From Candidatus Omnitrophota bacterium (GTDB lineage Bacteria > Omnitrophota > Gorgyraeia > Zapsychrales > Fredricksoniimonadaceae), in contig JADFZK010000003.1 of the NCBI GenBank assembly GCA_015232565.1, forward strand, positions 540 through 64,539: 64,000 nucleotides of DNA, in the 5' to 3' direction. The notes beneath the pieces are model-generated. The model did no database searches, was not told where the DNA came from, and saw only the letters and a list, made by a program, of their open reading frames with translations. The number at the start of each line of letters is the position of its first letter. The stretch's first letter is position 1. The position numbers and the translations under genes are program-made. Shown one piece after another: positions 49,402 to 62,200 of this stretch.

Positions 49402-49632
49402 ATGACCAAACTTCCGCAAATATCCGGCAAAGAACTTGTGCGCGCCCTGCAACGTTCGGGCTTTACGATACGTCGCCAGCGGGGCTCCCACGTTATCATG
49501 GTGCATGCCACTGACCTGGCCCGGCGCTGTGTTATTCCGGTTCACGGCAATACCGCCATTAAACCCGGAACCCTGCATTCCATCCTTGACGGCGCCGGCT
49601 TCACAACCGACGAATTGCTGGATATTATTTAA
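49402..49632 (+). CDS. hicA: HicA toxin
   Basis: SGKELVRALQRSGFTIRRQRGSHVIMVHATDLARRCVIPVHGNTAIKPGTLHSILDGAG matches the HicA/YcfA family. Confidence 0.7.
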   Translation: MTKLPQISGKELVRALQRSGFTIRRQRGSHVIMVHATDLARRCVIPVHGNTAIKPGTLHSILDGAGFTTDELLDII

Positions 49633-49989
49633 ATCCGCTGCGGAACTTCGTAACACTGCCGGGCGATACAGTATTAGCACTGAAAAGCCGTAGAGAATAG
49701 AGCCGGCAACGATAAGCGCCGGGCAGCCCAGCGCCGCGCCCACTGCCGCAATTAACGCTCCGGGGCAAAAATAACTCCTGGAAGACGCAGATTCATTATT
49801 TACCACTTCATTCATTTGAAAATTAACACCCCTTGAGCCCCTCTGCCTGCGCAATACTTCCTGCATGGCCCTGATCGCCGGGGACGAAACACTATAAACT
49901 CTGGAACTTTCGGCGCGCTGGACCGCAACGGCCGACAACAATGCCCGTAATAATTGCCGATGATGTTCCGCCCCGATAAAAGCCGCCTT

Positions 49990-50850
49990 CACCTGGGCCA
50001 CAATTACCTCCAGCGCCGCCGGATGAGTAAACAAACCAAAATGTCCGACTGCCACCCGGGTAACGCCCCCAATAGAAGCCTCACCACGACGCAAAGCACT
50101 GCGGAATACCGCTTCATCTGCCCTGGTAAAGTAGGTGCCACGCAAGAAAACAAACGGCCGCTGATGGATTTCCCGGGCCGGACCCACTGCCGATACCGAC
50201 GCAAAAACGTGCCGGAACTGCGCCAGGCCTGCCGGGCTGTCCTGGGCCAGGCGCGCCGGACTGAGAGGATCGAACACCGCCAGGGCCGCATCCTTGGCAT
50301 GGCCAATACCCAGCCAGCGTACTAACGCCTCCTGTATTCGTACGACCCGCGCCACAAAAGTATCCGACAACCCCAAAGCTTCCGCCGACCCGCCCCACAA
50401 GGGGCCCACCAAGACCAGGCGGGGCTTGTTTCCGGCACATAATTTTTCACCCCGGTTGGCGGCCAGTTCCACTGCCCGGGCCAGCACCAGATGCCCCAGG
50501 GAATACGCCACTATCACCAAATCACGCCGGGGATACTTTTTATGGAAATCACGAATTGCATTCAGCACAATAACCGCGGAACTATTTAATGGCGCAAAAT
50601 GGTCATACGGCACTACGATCATTTCGGCCAGGGGCAGCAACCGGGCCCTTAAGGGCTGCAGGTCGGTACAATCAGCATCCACGCCGGGTATCACCATTAC
50701 AGCCCTGGCAGTATTCGAACCAGGACGGTTCAGGAACGTCCGGGCTTTAAAAGCCGTCACCACTTCGCGCCATTGCCGGCGTATGCGCGGATTTAAGTTG
50801 TCCGGGAAGAACCGCCAGGAACAAGGCGACGCCCTAACCGCGACCACCAT
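49990..50850 (-). CDS. Alpha/beta-hydrolase (lipase/esterase-like) copy 1
   Basis: LVIVAYSLGHLVLARAV (G-x-S-x-G-like nucleophile elbow) at about 50485-50520 verified; ATG at 50850-50848. Confidence 0.5.
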
Positions 50851-51982
50851 GAAAGGCAGGAATAAAATGCGGCCGGCATTGCGTAAGGCCAGACCCAACG
50901 AGAACGGGCGACGCAGTATTAGCACTGTAAAGCTGGAGAGAATAGCACCTGCAACTATCAGCTCCGGGTAGGCCAGATGGTTTAATGCCGGCCCAACCGC
51001 AACCAACAATGCCCCCACGGTAATTAAAAGTAAGGCCGGAAGCACTACCGAAGCTTTATTGCCTTTCTTTTGATTCTCCTGGATCTTTCTGAAAAGATCC
51101 AAAGCCGGCGTATTGGAGCGCGGAGCTGTACGAGCCAGAAAGCTTTTTGTTTTATTCGGATCTATGCCGCCCAACTTGGCGTTTGCCGCTCCCGATCCAG
51201 GGCGAGCGTGGGTTATTTGGACTCGTACATCTACCAGACCGTTGTTCACCACTTTGGTTGCGGCTCCAGTCCGACGACTAACAGCCACGCCACTAACGAT
51301 CACTACCTCTCCGCCGGCGTTGGACATGCTATCGAATAGCACTTCACCATTAGCGATGGTCAGCTTGAAATCCAGACCATCAGGAACATAACCAATGTTG
51401 CCAGATTTAATAATGCTGGCACGTAGTTTTTGCACTCCCCTATACCAGGACCACAGCCGGGCAACTATTGCTATCAGCACACCTGCGGACACCAGAACGC
51501 CGGCGAAAGCCAGCAAGATCCTTAAATCACGCGGCGCATTATTTAACGAAAAGCCGCAGGTGAAGACCACGATCAATGCCAGCAGGCTCAATGTCCTGGC
51601 GAGAGGAAGTATCACGCAAGTCAGCACGGCCGCGATGCGTGGCAGTTGTGCACGAGCACGTTCCTGTGCTTGATGTAAGATTACAAAGATGCCCCCAATA
51701 GCGGCACCATTAACAATAGGCGAGACAGAAGAAATTTCCGGTTTCGTAGGGGCCGACCTTGCTCCAGTCCCCCGAAGGGGGATGTCGGCCCGGTGAAGAA
51801 GTGCTAGCGGCTCGATCCGCTTCTTATGGCGGGTCGACACAAGGTCGACCCCTACGCTCAGTTTTAATCTATTAAACACATACTGATCAGGCAATACTGT
51901 TAGGGTAACATGATGCTCAACCGCGCCCTGGATCTGCTCGGCGATTGAACGATCCGCGGACACAGCGAGCTCGAACACCGTG

Positions 51983-52045
51983 CCGGAGCTGGACCTTTCC
52001 GGCAGGATGCCGGGTCCAGCGAAGTGCCGGTCCCAGTCAGACCGG
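51983..52045. repeat. Hairpin repeat element (third locus)
   Basis: Same sequence as 45878-45940. Confidence 0.6.
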
Positions 52046-52049
52046 CCGG

Positions 52050-53430
52050 TCATCTCCGGGGGAGCGCGGCGGCCGATGATCGCAAAGAGCCAGTCCAGAT
52101 CCATTCGTGCTACAGAATATTCCTGCCCGCGGAACGTGACCTCGGCGAAATACACCCCGCCGGCGCCCAAGGTAAAACTTAAGCGCGGCCAAGCCTCGCC
52201 CGTAACAGCCGCGATCCGCGCCAGGCCGAAGAGCTTTTGCTCCAAAGTTTGCGCGTTTACCGCGCACTGCCGCGCCTGTTCGAGGTCTTTCTGCCGCTCG
52301 GCTTCTTGTGCAGCGGCCTGACCGGCTGGCGAATCCGGGAACAATTGAGCGCAGAAATCTTTAGGCAACATTTCAAGGAGTTCATTTTCCGACACGGTCT
52401 CACCGGACAGGCCAACCTCATGCAATGAGCCTGACAATTTATTAAGTTTAGCCCGTAATTGTATAAACTCCTCAGGCTTAATCCGATAGACGGGCAATCT
52501 TGGCTGTTGCAACAATTGGCCTTGACGCAACGCTTCTGCGCGCTGAACATGAATACACTCGTTCTGCGCCGCCCATCTCCATTCGCGCACACTTTCCCAA
52601 TAATCCAGCCACAACTTGTTTGCCGCGATGATCGGCCCGCGATCTTTAACCATTGAACGCATTATCTCCGCCGGCTTACCTATTTTCGCATTCCCGGTGA
52701 CCTGCTTCCACTGCAAGACAGACTGACAACCCATCTCCAGATTCCAGGCCATTTCCTTAGCCTCCTCGGGTTTCCAGCCCATCTCCCGTCCCAGGTTCTG
52801 AAGCAGAGCTTCCTGTCTACGACCTTCCGCCTCATAAACTTCCCATTCCCGGCTGTCTGGCGTACGACCATTATCTTCTTTGAAATATTTTTCAAACAAA
52901 TTTCGTGGCGGTATTTTACCAAAACCATCAACAAGAAGCGGCGTTCCATTGGGTTGATAAACCACACCACTTTCTCTTTTGGTTAAACTGCGATATCCTT
53001 CGGAAGGTTTAAAAATCGCAATCAGTTCCCAAACAGCTTCTACATCAAAGATATCCGAACAGACACCTCCAATGTTAACCTTAAACATGTCATTATCGAA
53101 TCGGGGCATATTACACGCAAATGTCGTCTTCCCCGGACTGTCAGACGACCGACAATTTAAACCATCAGCGGTTATAATGATCTCCCGTAAAACATCACTG
53201 ACTATCGGAGAAACAATAACGCCTATACGCGCCTTGAACGCGCCGAACAATGTTGCCGCAGCGGCCTCGACAGCCGCGGGTTGAGCCGCGCTCATGGGCA
53301 ATGCCGGCACTACCCCGACCGCGGCGGCGATCTGGCTGGATTGTTTAAGGAAGCTCCGGCGGGATATTCCGCGGTTCAGCCACTGGACCGCATTGGCCAG
53401 GGCCTGTATGAACACTTCACGAATATTTCG
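52050..53430 (-). CDS. Tat-signal protein, duplicated-module copy 2
   Basis: Nucleotide duplicate of 45945-47300 (blocks 51965-52320 and 53272-53800 match 45860-46300 and 47140-47600). Confidence 0.4.
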
Positions 53431-54114
53431 CTTGGGACCCGGCACCTGGGGTTCGGATGAACCAGGCTCTCTATTGCGCGGAGCCAGAATAGCCAGAATG
53501 GTACCACGCAATGAACGGCGCACGGGTTGCGACCGGGGGAATTCACGCCGGGCCGACACTGGTTCGACAAGCTCACCATTGGAAATGTCGGCTACGCCCA
53601 TGTCATTCTTTACAGCCGAAGCCCTGCCAGAACTTTGGGCCTGTACAGTGCCGATCCTGGACAGATCAGGCTCAACACTTTGCGAAGCTGTAACCACCCT
53701 CTGCGCAGGCTTCAGCATAAGCGCAAAAAATTCACCTCGATCTGCGTTATGCGCAGGCACTGCCGCAGAACTTCTTAACGCGGCCGGGCGATGCAGTATT
53801 AACACTAAAAAGCCGTAGAGAATAGCGCCGGCTGCAATTAGCGCCGGGTAACCCAGCGCCGCGCCTGCCGCCGCAATGAACGCTCCGGGGCAAATATAAC
53901 TCCTGGAAGACGCAGATTCATTATTCACCACTTCATTCATTTGAAAATCAACACCCCTTGAGCCCCTCTGCCTGCGCAATACTTCCTGCATGGCCCTGAT
54001 CGCCGGGGACGAAACACTATAAACTCTGGAACTTTCGGCGCGCTGGACCGCAACGGCCGACAACAATGCCCGTAATAATTGCCGATGATGTTCCGCACCG
54101 GTAAAAGCCGCTTT

Positions 54115-54975
54115 CACCTGGACCACTATTGCCTCCAGCGCCTCCGGATGAGTAAACAACCCGTAATGTCCAACATCCACCCGGGTAACCCCGCCAACAG
54201 AAGCCTCGCCACGGAGCAAAGCACTGCGGAATACCGCCTCATCAGCCCTGGTAAAGTATATGCCGCGCAAGAATGCAAAAGGCCGCTGATGGGTTTCCCG
54301 CTTCGGACCCACCGCCGATACCGACGCAAAAACATGCCGGAACCGCGCCAGGCCAGCCGGGCTGTCCTGCGCCAGGCGCGCCGGGCTTACCGGATCGAAC
54401 ACCGCCAGGGCGGCATCCTTGGCATGGCCAATACCCAGCCAGCGCACCAACAGCTCCTGTACCCGTACTACCCGCGCAACAAAAGGATCCGACAAACCCA
54501 AAGCTTCCGCCGACCCGCCCCACAAGGGGCCCACCAGAACCAGGCGGGGCTGGTTTCCGGCACATAATCTTTCCCCGCGCGCAGCGGCCAGTTCCACCGC
54601 CCGGGCCAGCACCAAATGCCCCAGGGAATACGCCACTATCACCAGGTCGCGCCGGGGATACTTTTTATGAAAATCACGGATAACCTTCAACACAACAGCC
54701 GCGGAAACAGTCAATGGCGCAAAATGGTCATACGGCACAACGATCATGTCGGCCGTGAACAGCAGCAATTCAGCCCTTAAAGGTTGCAGGTCAGTACAAT
54801 TAGCATCCACGCCGGGTATCACCATTACCGCCCGGGCAGTGCTGGAATCAGGACGGTCCAGGAACGTCTGGGCCCTAAAAGCCGTCACCACTTCGCGCGA
54901 TTGCCGGCGTATGCGTGGATTTAAATTGTCAGGGAAGAACCGCCAGGAACAAGGCGACGTCCTCACCGCCACCAC
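54115..54975 (-). CDS. Alpha/beta-hydrolase copy 2
   Basis: Duplicate of 49990-50850 (block 54079-54567 matches 49954-50440); …DLVIVAYSLGHLVLARAVELAAARGE…. Confidence 0.5.
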
Positions 54976-56899
54976 CATGAAAGGCAGGCACAATATGCGG
55001 CAAACATAACGCAGCACCCAAGCCAGCACTTCGCGCATCTTCGCCAAAGCCGCCAAAACAAAACCAAAGCTTTGCACGTTAATTATTACCACGGCTACCA
55101 GCAGGGCCGCCGCGCCGATCCAGAGCCATCCTGTCGGCAGGATGCCGGCTATGCCGCCGGCCAGGGCCGCACTGCCTGCAGCGGCCGTCGGTACTACCGC
55201 CGGCAAGGTAACCGGCGCCAAACATGCCCCGGCTATACCAATAAGCCGGCCAAAGCGCAGGCCTTTCCTGACCAGACCGGGTACGCGATCACCAGAAATC
55301 GCTGCCGCAAGCGCGTCTTCCATATATGTTCCGGAAGGGATAATAAGCGTTACCTTTTGGGTACCGCCTTCATTGCGCTCAACTTGCACTGCGATTTCGT
55401 GCCGGTCAAGTAGCTGGCCTTCTTCCCTGCGCACAGCAGGATCCCTATCATCCAGGATCACCGTAGCCCACGGCACGAGGTGGGCCCAGGGACAGCCGCT
55501 GGGAACGCGCACGATCCGGTCTTCAAGTACACCGGCCGGTGACGAAGAATTCAACACGTCAGGTACCGGCGCAGCCAATTCACGACGTAATAGTTCTTTA
55601 GCCAAAGCGGTATCCCTGGCATTTCCCTGACTCCAGGCATCCATGAACAATGCCTTTAATGACCTGCGCTGTACCGCCCCACCAGCCGCCCCGGCGAGCA
55701 TGGCCGGACGGATATCCACCGCCGGCAAGCGCTTACGCTGACCCAGCACCGCCTGCACCTGCGGCCACATAATAGCGGCCGCCTGCACCCAAAGCGCCCG
55801 GCGCTCGTCGGCTGAGGTGGAACGGAACAGGATCTCGTGATTCTCCATCAAATATTTATCGGTCAAGAGATAACAGAGCCACAGCCGCTTGTTGCCGGAG
55901 AGGCTTAAGTCGGACAGCGTTTCCGGACGCACAGCCACCCGGCGCAGGGTATCGCGCAAGTCAGGCAGGTGCAGCTCCGCGAAGAACGCGTACTGGGCAC
56001 GGAAAACAGCCGCCTCATCCAGCGGCGCCTGCCCCTGAAGCGGAGCGGCAAACTCGTTGAACAGACACGCAAAAGGCTCGTAGCCGGCCTCCGCCAGTTC
56101 CCGCCGGGCGTTGGCAAAAGAAAATGCCCCGCCCCTGGCCGCCCAGGACAGGAACTCCAGCTGGGAGCACAACTCTTCATGTTCACAAGCCATCACTTCG
56201 GACAGCAACAAGGCATATTGCCCCTGGCTCATACGGGCGGGAGAATCACTGATAAGATTCGGGCGCTCCTGCAGGAAAACAAAACCCGCCGCTTCCCGCA
56301 CTATCGTCGAGATCACTACCACAAAGGCCAGAGCCGAAGTATTATCCGCCGACCACATGGCGTCCAGCCTGGCGACAGCCGGCATATCAGCGCTGATCAT
56401 GATACGCCCGGTTAAAGGATCCCGGTACTTGGAAAGGTTAGTGCCGAACGGGCCGTCCGTTATAGCGCTTAGCCCGTTACTGCGGATATAAGCCGCATAT
56501 GTTTCCACCCCGGCCGCGCCCGGCCAGCCCAGCTCACGCAACCGCGCGGCCGTTTTATCTGCCAGGCTCAGTACCACCGCAGTTTCCCCGGCAGAGAGCC
56601 GCACCGCGGCTGGTTGTCTAACACCGGCCTTTTGGGCCTGCCGAAGGGCAAAATGGTGCCATCCCAGTGCGCCACCTGCGACGGCCAGACCGAACAGTGC
56701 CAGCCAGCCTCGACGAGAATACACTGCCGGACCGGCCTGCTTCGTGGACGAACGACCCGGTAAATTGCTTTCATTCAGCCTGTTCGCTTCGGCGAGCACA
56801 TCAGCGATCATCCGCTCTTTACTACGGACATTCGTCTCACCGGCGATCTGTAATAACTGCCCATAGAACCGGGAAAGACGGCCCATAAACACAGCATCA

Positions 56900-58050
56900 C
56901 GCCCGCCAGTCGATCCCGCAACACCGGCCCGATGCCGGCGAACCTGTTCCACATCACCATAAAAACAAAAATACAGGCAATGGACATCCCGGACCGTTAA
57001 ACCCCGCAGAAAGTCTTCCGCCGAAATATCCGTAATATCATCGTCCATCTTGCCGGTATCCAGCAAATAACCGATAGTTCCGTGATATTTCACATACGAA
57101 GCAAAACGCCCGGCTTCGAGCGCCGAATAGCCTAAGCGCCCAAGCTGATAACGAACGATCCGATAGCCATTAAGATTGTGCGTATCGGGTTCAAAGCGAA
57201 ACCGGGGATCCTTGCCAAAATCATGCAAAAATATTGTTTTCACAACATCCCGCCTGATCTCGGGCGGCAGAGCGTTAAAATTATCGTCACCACAAACTAC
57301 CTCGACCGCGCCCAGAGTATGATCCCCCACCGAATCCGCATGCGAACCCCACTGGGCCATATGGCGCACCACGCCCCAGCGCGGCAAAGCCGCGGCCAGA
57401 ACGCCCGTACTATCTGCGAGCCTAAGCTCAAAAAGAGAATTAAAACCTTCTTCGAATCTTCGCCGCAGGGCTGCATCTTCCTTACAAGGGATCCGCTCTC
57501 TATTAACGCAAGGCGCACCGGTACCGGCCTCACACTGCGTCAGCAGGTAGCGAGCGATCGCCAATGCCTCCAGCCATTGCGGCTCGGCGGTAAAACCCGA
57601 ATAATTCGTTCCCAGGAAATCTTGATGTTCGGCAAGCAAGCCTTGATCGGCAATCCAAGTAATGGTCAGGGCATTAATAACGGAGTCTGGTTCCAGCGGA
57701 TACATAAAATGCAACATTTCATGCGCCATCACAATTTCCAACTGCCTGGGAGGCGCACGCAAAGCAAAGTCGAAAGCCACCGCAATACGCTGGCTCCGGA
57801 TATCGGCTTCGGCCAGGATCTCTCCCTGGGCCGCAATAATGGCAATATTGGACGGATTCACCCGGCCGGCTTCGGCGCCAAACACCCGCCCAAGAGCTAT
57901 ATGCGCCGCACCTAATGCCTCACGGGCATGATCTGCGGCCATATTTACCTGCTCAGCACTCAACGCGGGTGCCGCCTGCCCTTGCGCCCGCCGCGCCGGA
58001 AAACGTTTTGACGGAGTTCCGGCCCAATCACTGATCGAACAAAGTGCATT
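56900..58050 (-). CDS. Region containing an HD-phosphohydrolase motif (TIFLHDFGKD, about 57200-57240) and an upstream HEXXH zinc-peptidase-like motif (VMAHEMLHF, about 57750)
   Basis: Motifs translated and anchored by hand; whether this is one gene or two is unknown. Confidence 0.35.
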
Positions 58051-59249
58051 CAAAGCAATATCCATTTTAGTCATCGGCGCCTGCTGAACACCCTGAAGAT
58101 AAATAGACAGCGAAGTATCCGGATTCTGCAATTGGGCAATAATGCCACCCATTGTATCTGGCGTTACCGGAATAAATACTTTGCCTGAAGAAGAGGTCTT
58201 TACCCATATACCAATATCGTCCCAATGATAGCAGCGTCTAAGAACTTGCCACAAATAGCCAGGTTGCCTGCAACTACCTGCCGTAATCAGCGCCTCCACA
58301 GGAACAATGAAGCCGGTATAGACCTCGCCGTAGCCAGGCTTATCTTCGGCTTCCTGCGCAAGTTTCCGTTCAAACTCTTCTGCCCCTGAATCCGCCCTCA
58401 TAGTGTTTAATCTGTCCCGTTCTTGAACAAACATCGCCATCTCTCCCACGGTAAGTTTCAGCCCTATGAGTAAAGCCATCTGCCGTTCTCTCTTTACATA
58501 TGTTCTCAGCAATTTCCACCGGGTAGCACTGTTATTCTCTGGATCAATCCCCAGCTCCTGCAACAATTCCCTGCGAACAGAAGGCCATTGTTCATGATGG
58601 TCTACAAAACCTCCGGCAATGGTCAAGTACCTGTTATATTTACTGCTTCTACGCAGTATCAACGGAATATGCCCCAGATTATCCACCGCCAAAACATCTA
58701 CCACCACCGTAACGAAGCCGCATAACAAGGCCACTATGATCGGCAAAGGTCCAACATAAACTTTCTCCCTGTCGCAATCCTCTTGCGTTAACGGTCTCAT
58801 CATAGGGGCATAACACATCTTTCCGTCTTCTCCAACTTTTCGTTCACAAAGAACCATGCAATCGTCGCCAAAATAATGACCCGCGGCCGGATCAAAGTTC
58901 TGTTCCAACTGGGCCATACAAGCCTCGATCTGCTCTGAAGATAAAGGCTGGAATTTTAGGTCGCCCCTGCCAAGCTCCTTTGATCCATCCTGACCCAGTT
59001 CCTGTAATATCTTCCTGACCTTGGGCAAATACAATGCCAGATTTTGATTTTTCGGCAGGGCCTTTGAGTTCTTTTTACGATAAACCACCACTACCGACAA
59101 GATCACCAAAGCAAAGATCACAATCGCCAGCGTCGGCCAGGTAAGCGTCGGCCAGACAGCCGCCCACAATTGGGGGTCAATACAATCTCCCCACGTCATA
59201 CTAACCGCGCTAATTTCCTGTTCAGCCAACAGAGTAACCGGCAAAAACT

Positions 59250-62200
59250 GGGCCACCTTTTCCATTAATGCAGGCCGACCCGCAGAAGCCTCTTCAACAA
59301 GCCTTACATTGCCAAACTCCGGATTATCGGTCACTTTCCATTCACTTTCACACCCGCGAATATCAACAATAAAATCCGCCGCCCACAAAGTGCGCTGTTT
59401 GTACCGGTTCCAGCTCGGGATCAACCCATGGGTAAGGAACCGTAATTCAAGGTCGGCAGTAGCAGGGTTCATACTACGCGTACGGATCTCAAAATGCGCG
59501 CGGGTCCGGTCAACATTATCCTCCAGGCTCAGCGTAAGATCGTAGTACGGTAGAAAATCTTCCCGCAAAGAGTACTTGCCATCCACCAGGACGATCATGC
59601 CTTTTGTCAGCTCCAAAGTAACATCTTCCCGGGCATGCTGGCCGCGAATGTACGCATCCTGTATAACCACCGTCCCTTGCTCTGCCCCCGAGAGGCCAAA
59701 TTCAGAAATGGCCTTTAAAACAGCACGGATAGCGGCATGATCCCAGAACACTTCCTCCTCGGCCAAAAACTCATCACCCGGGCGCACGAGCATAGTCAGG
59801 CTGGCGCCGATCAGGGCGGAATCATCCTCCGAAAGAGGGTCCCCAAGACTGGCCCTGGCCGCTGCATCCCGGAATAGTTTTGGCTTCAGGCAGAAATCCT
59901 GTCTGAAGATCGCAACTTTGTGGCCCCTGACACGCAAAATTTCGGCAACCCCGGACAGCAGGGTGGTCTTCCCCGAGCCCGACGCCCCGTCCAGAGCCAC
60001 CAGGGTTAACGTACCCGGCCCATTGTTTTCCGCGATCCCCGCGGCGATATCGGCGATCTTTTCTCCCACACCGCCCAGATTGCTTCGGAAAAGTTCCTCG
60101 TCCGCCATCTTAACCGGCCGGCCGGTAGCCGGATCGATGACCGGAAAACCATAAAGCCCGTTCCTTTTCGCCCACGCATGCACCGCAGCCGGAACTATGG
60201 CCGGGTCGCGGGTGTTCCGATAATAACGGGACGAATTGCCCAGGTCGATCTGCGGATGCTGTATCAGGACCATTTCCAGCTTATGCTCACAGCCCACCTG
60301 GCCGCGGATCTCTTCAGCAATACGCTCAAGCTCATCCGCAGTCAATGTGGCTCCATACTCTCCCCGTTGAACCCAGCCGATAACAATCTTGTGATTGCCC
60401 GCCATGCGGGGGCGATAATCTTTATAATCTGTGTAAAACTGCTTAATGTAATGCCGCACACGTATTTCACTCTCAATGCCCAGGCCATAAGTTACCTCCA
60501 GCGATTCTTGCTGGTTGCCATCCAGAAAAAACAACAGATCCTTGAAGCCTTCCCGGCCATGCCCAAGGTCGGTCATTTCGATCAACGGACTATAATCTTT
60601 AACCAATTGGGAGGTGATCCGGTGCCGCGCATCATATGGCGCCTCTTCCTTACTATCGACGATCTTGAATTTTATTTGCCGATCGATCCGGATCAATATC
60701 TTGTCCAGTTTCAACAGCATCAAAGCAAATAACGGCGGAATAATATGACCGTAATGCGGCGGATTGGCGGTAATGCTCCAGAAAAAGATCTTCTTTACCC
60801 GGCGTTCCGTCCCGCCGATGGAACACGGATTTGCCGGACCGTAAAATTTCGTCTTAACCTTGACCCAGGGATGAACAACACCGGAAAGGATCAGTTCCGG
60901 AATGCCTTGATGCACAGTTTGCAAAGCCGCATACACTTTGGATATCAGCGGCTCCGTTTTCTGATCAACCGCCGGATCATGTTCACGGATCGCATGGTCT
61001 ATTTTATCCCAGGCTGCGGTAAGGATCCGGACCTCATGTTTTATAAAAAGGCTGGTCTTCCAGCTTTCCTCAACCACCACTCCCGCACGCGCCAGGGCCT
61101 GGCCTTGAATAAATTTAAGATACTCGGCGAGTTCTTTCGGCATTAGCATCTGGATCAATTTCTGCGCCTGCGCTTCCTCAACCTGCGGCTCCTGATACTC
61201 CGGGAATTTCTTATGTTTCAGCTCGTGCAACAGGTTGTCCCGGACAAACCACCGGGCCATAGCGGCGGAATGCTTTAACAAGCCCGGCAATATATCCAGA
61301 AAAGCCAGATGGATATATAGCTCATTCTCCTCAACATCAATAGCGCAAAGCGCCCCGCCGGTCTTTCCCGCATCACCGGTAATAATGACTGTCAGGTCCA
61401 CCGGCAGAGTGTTGAACTCAAACTGGCCCAGTGCCGCGTTCTGCTCCGGGGTAAGCCGGCTTTCATACTTTCCCTCGGGATCAAGGACCACGCCCGTATC
61501 ATTGCCATCATATTCCGCCAGCAACTTCTTGCTTAAACGATAGGGCGACAACCGCAGGGGGGTCGAGCCCGCCTGCGTTTGTTCATGGGTAGTTACAGGA
61601 ACCAAGGCCAGCAAGCAGTTCAATTGGCCATAAACTTGCCTCAAAAGGTTATCCGGTAATACTGAAGTATTCAGCCGTCCTTCGATCTCGCGCCAACGCG
61701 CGATATCAAAATCATTCAAGGGCTTATTTTGAAGTGTCGGATCCACAAAACTCCTCACCAACAACACAATGCCATACCCCATACTTAAAACAGCGTCTTC
61801 AACACTGGCAGCACGCAAATACTGGTTTTGTAAAATAACATCTAACTCGGATAGCTGATTCTTATAAGCAGCCAGGTCTCCGGCTGTGCGCACATTGGCC
61901 GCCAGTTCAGCGATCAAGGTCACCGCCCGGTTAATCTTTTCAACCGCAATGTCACTAATACCGGTATCGACCCTCGCGATCCCAGCCAAGGCTGCTTTGG
62001 ATATCGGCCATGCCAGGCCTGACAAATCTGGCGCTGGCACATGCGCAGGCGCGACAACTTTCACGGCACTAGTCACAGGCGCAAGAGCGGCGGTCTGACG
62101 ACGCTCCTCCGACGAGACAAGCGGCATTTCCACTATCTCATATTGCTTGCCGGCCAGCACCACAATAACCTGCGACGCCAGATTTAATGCTTCATGAGTT

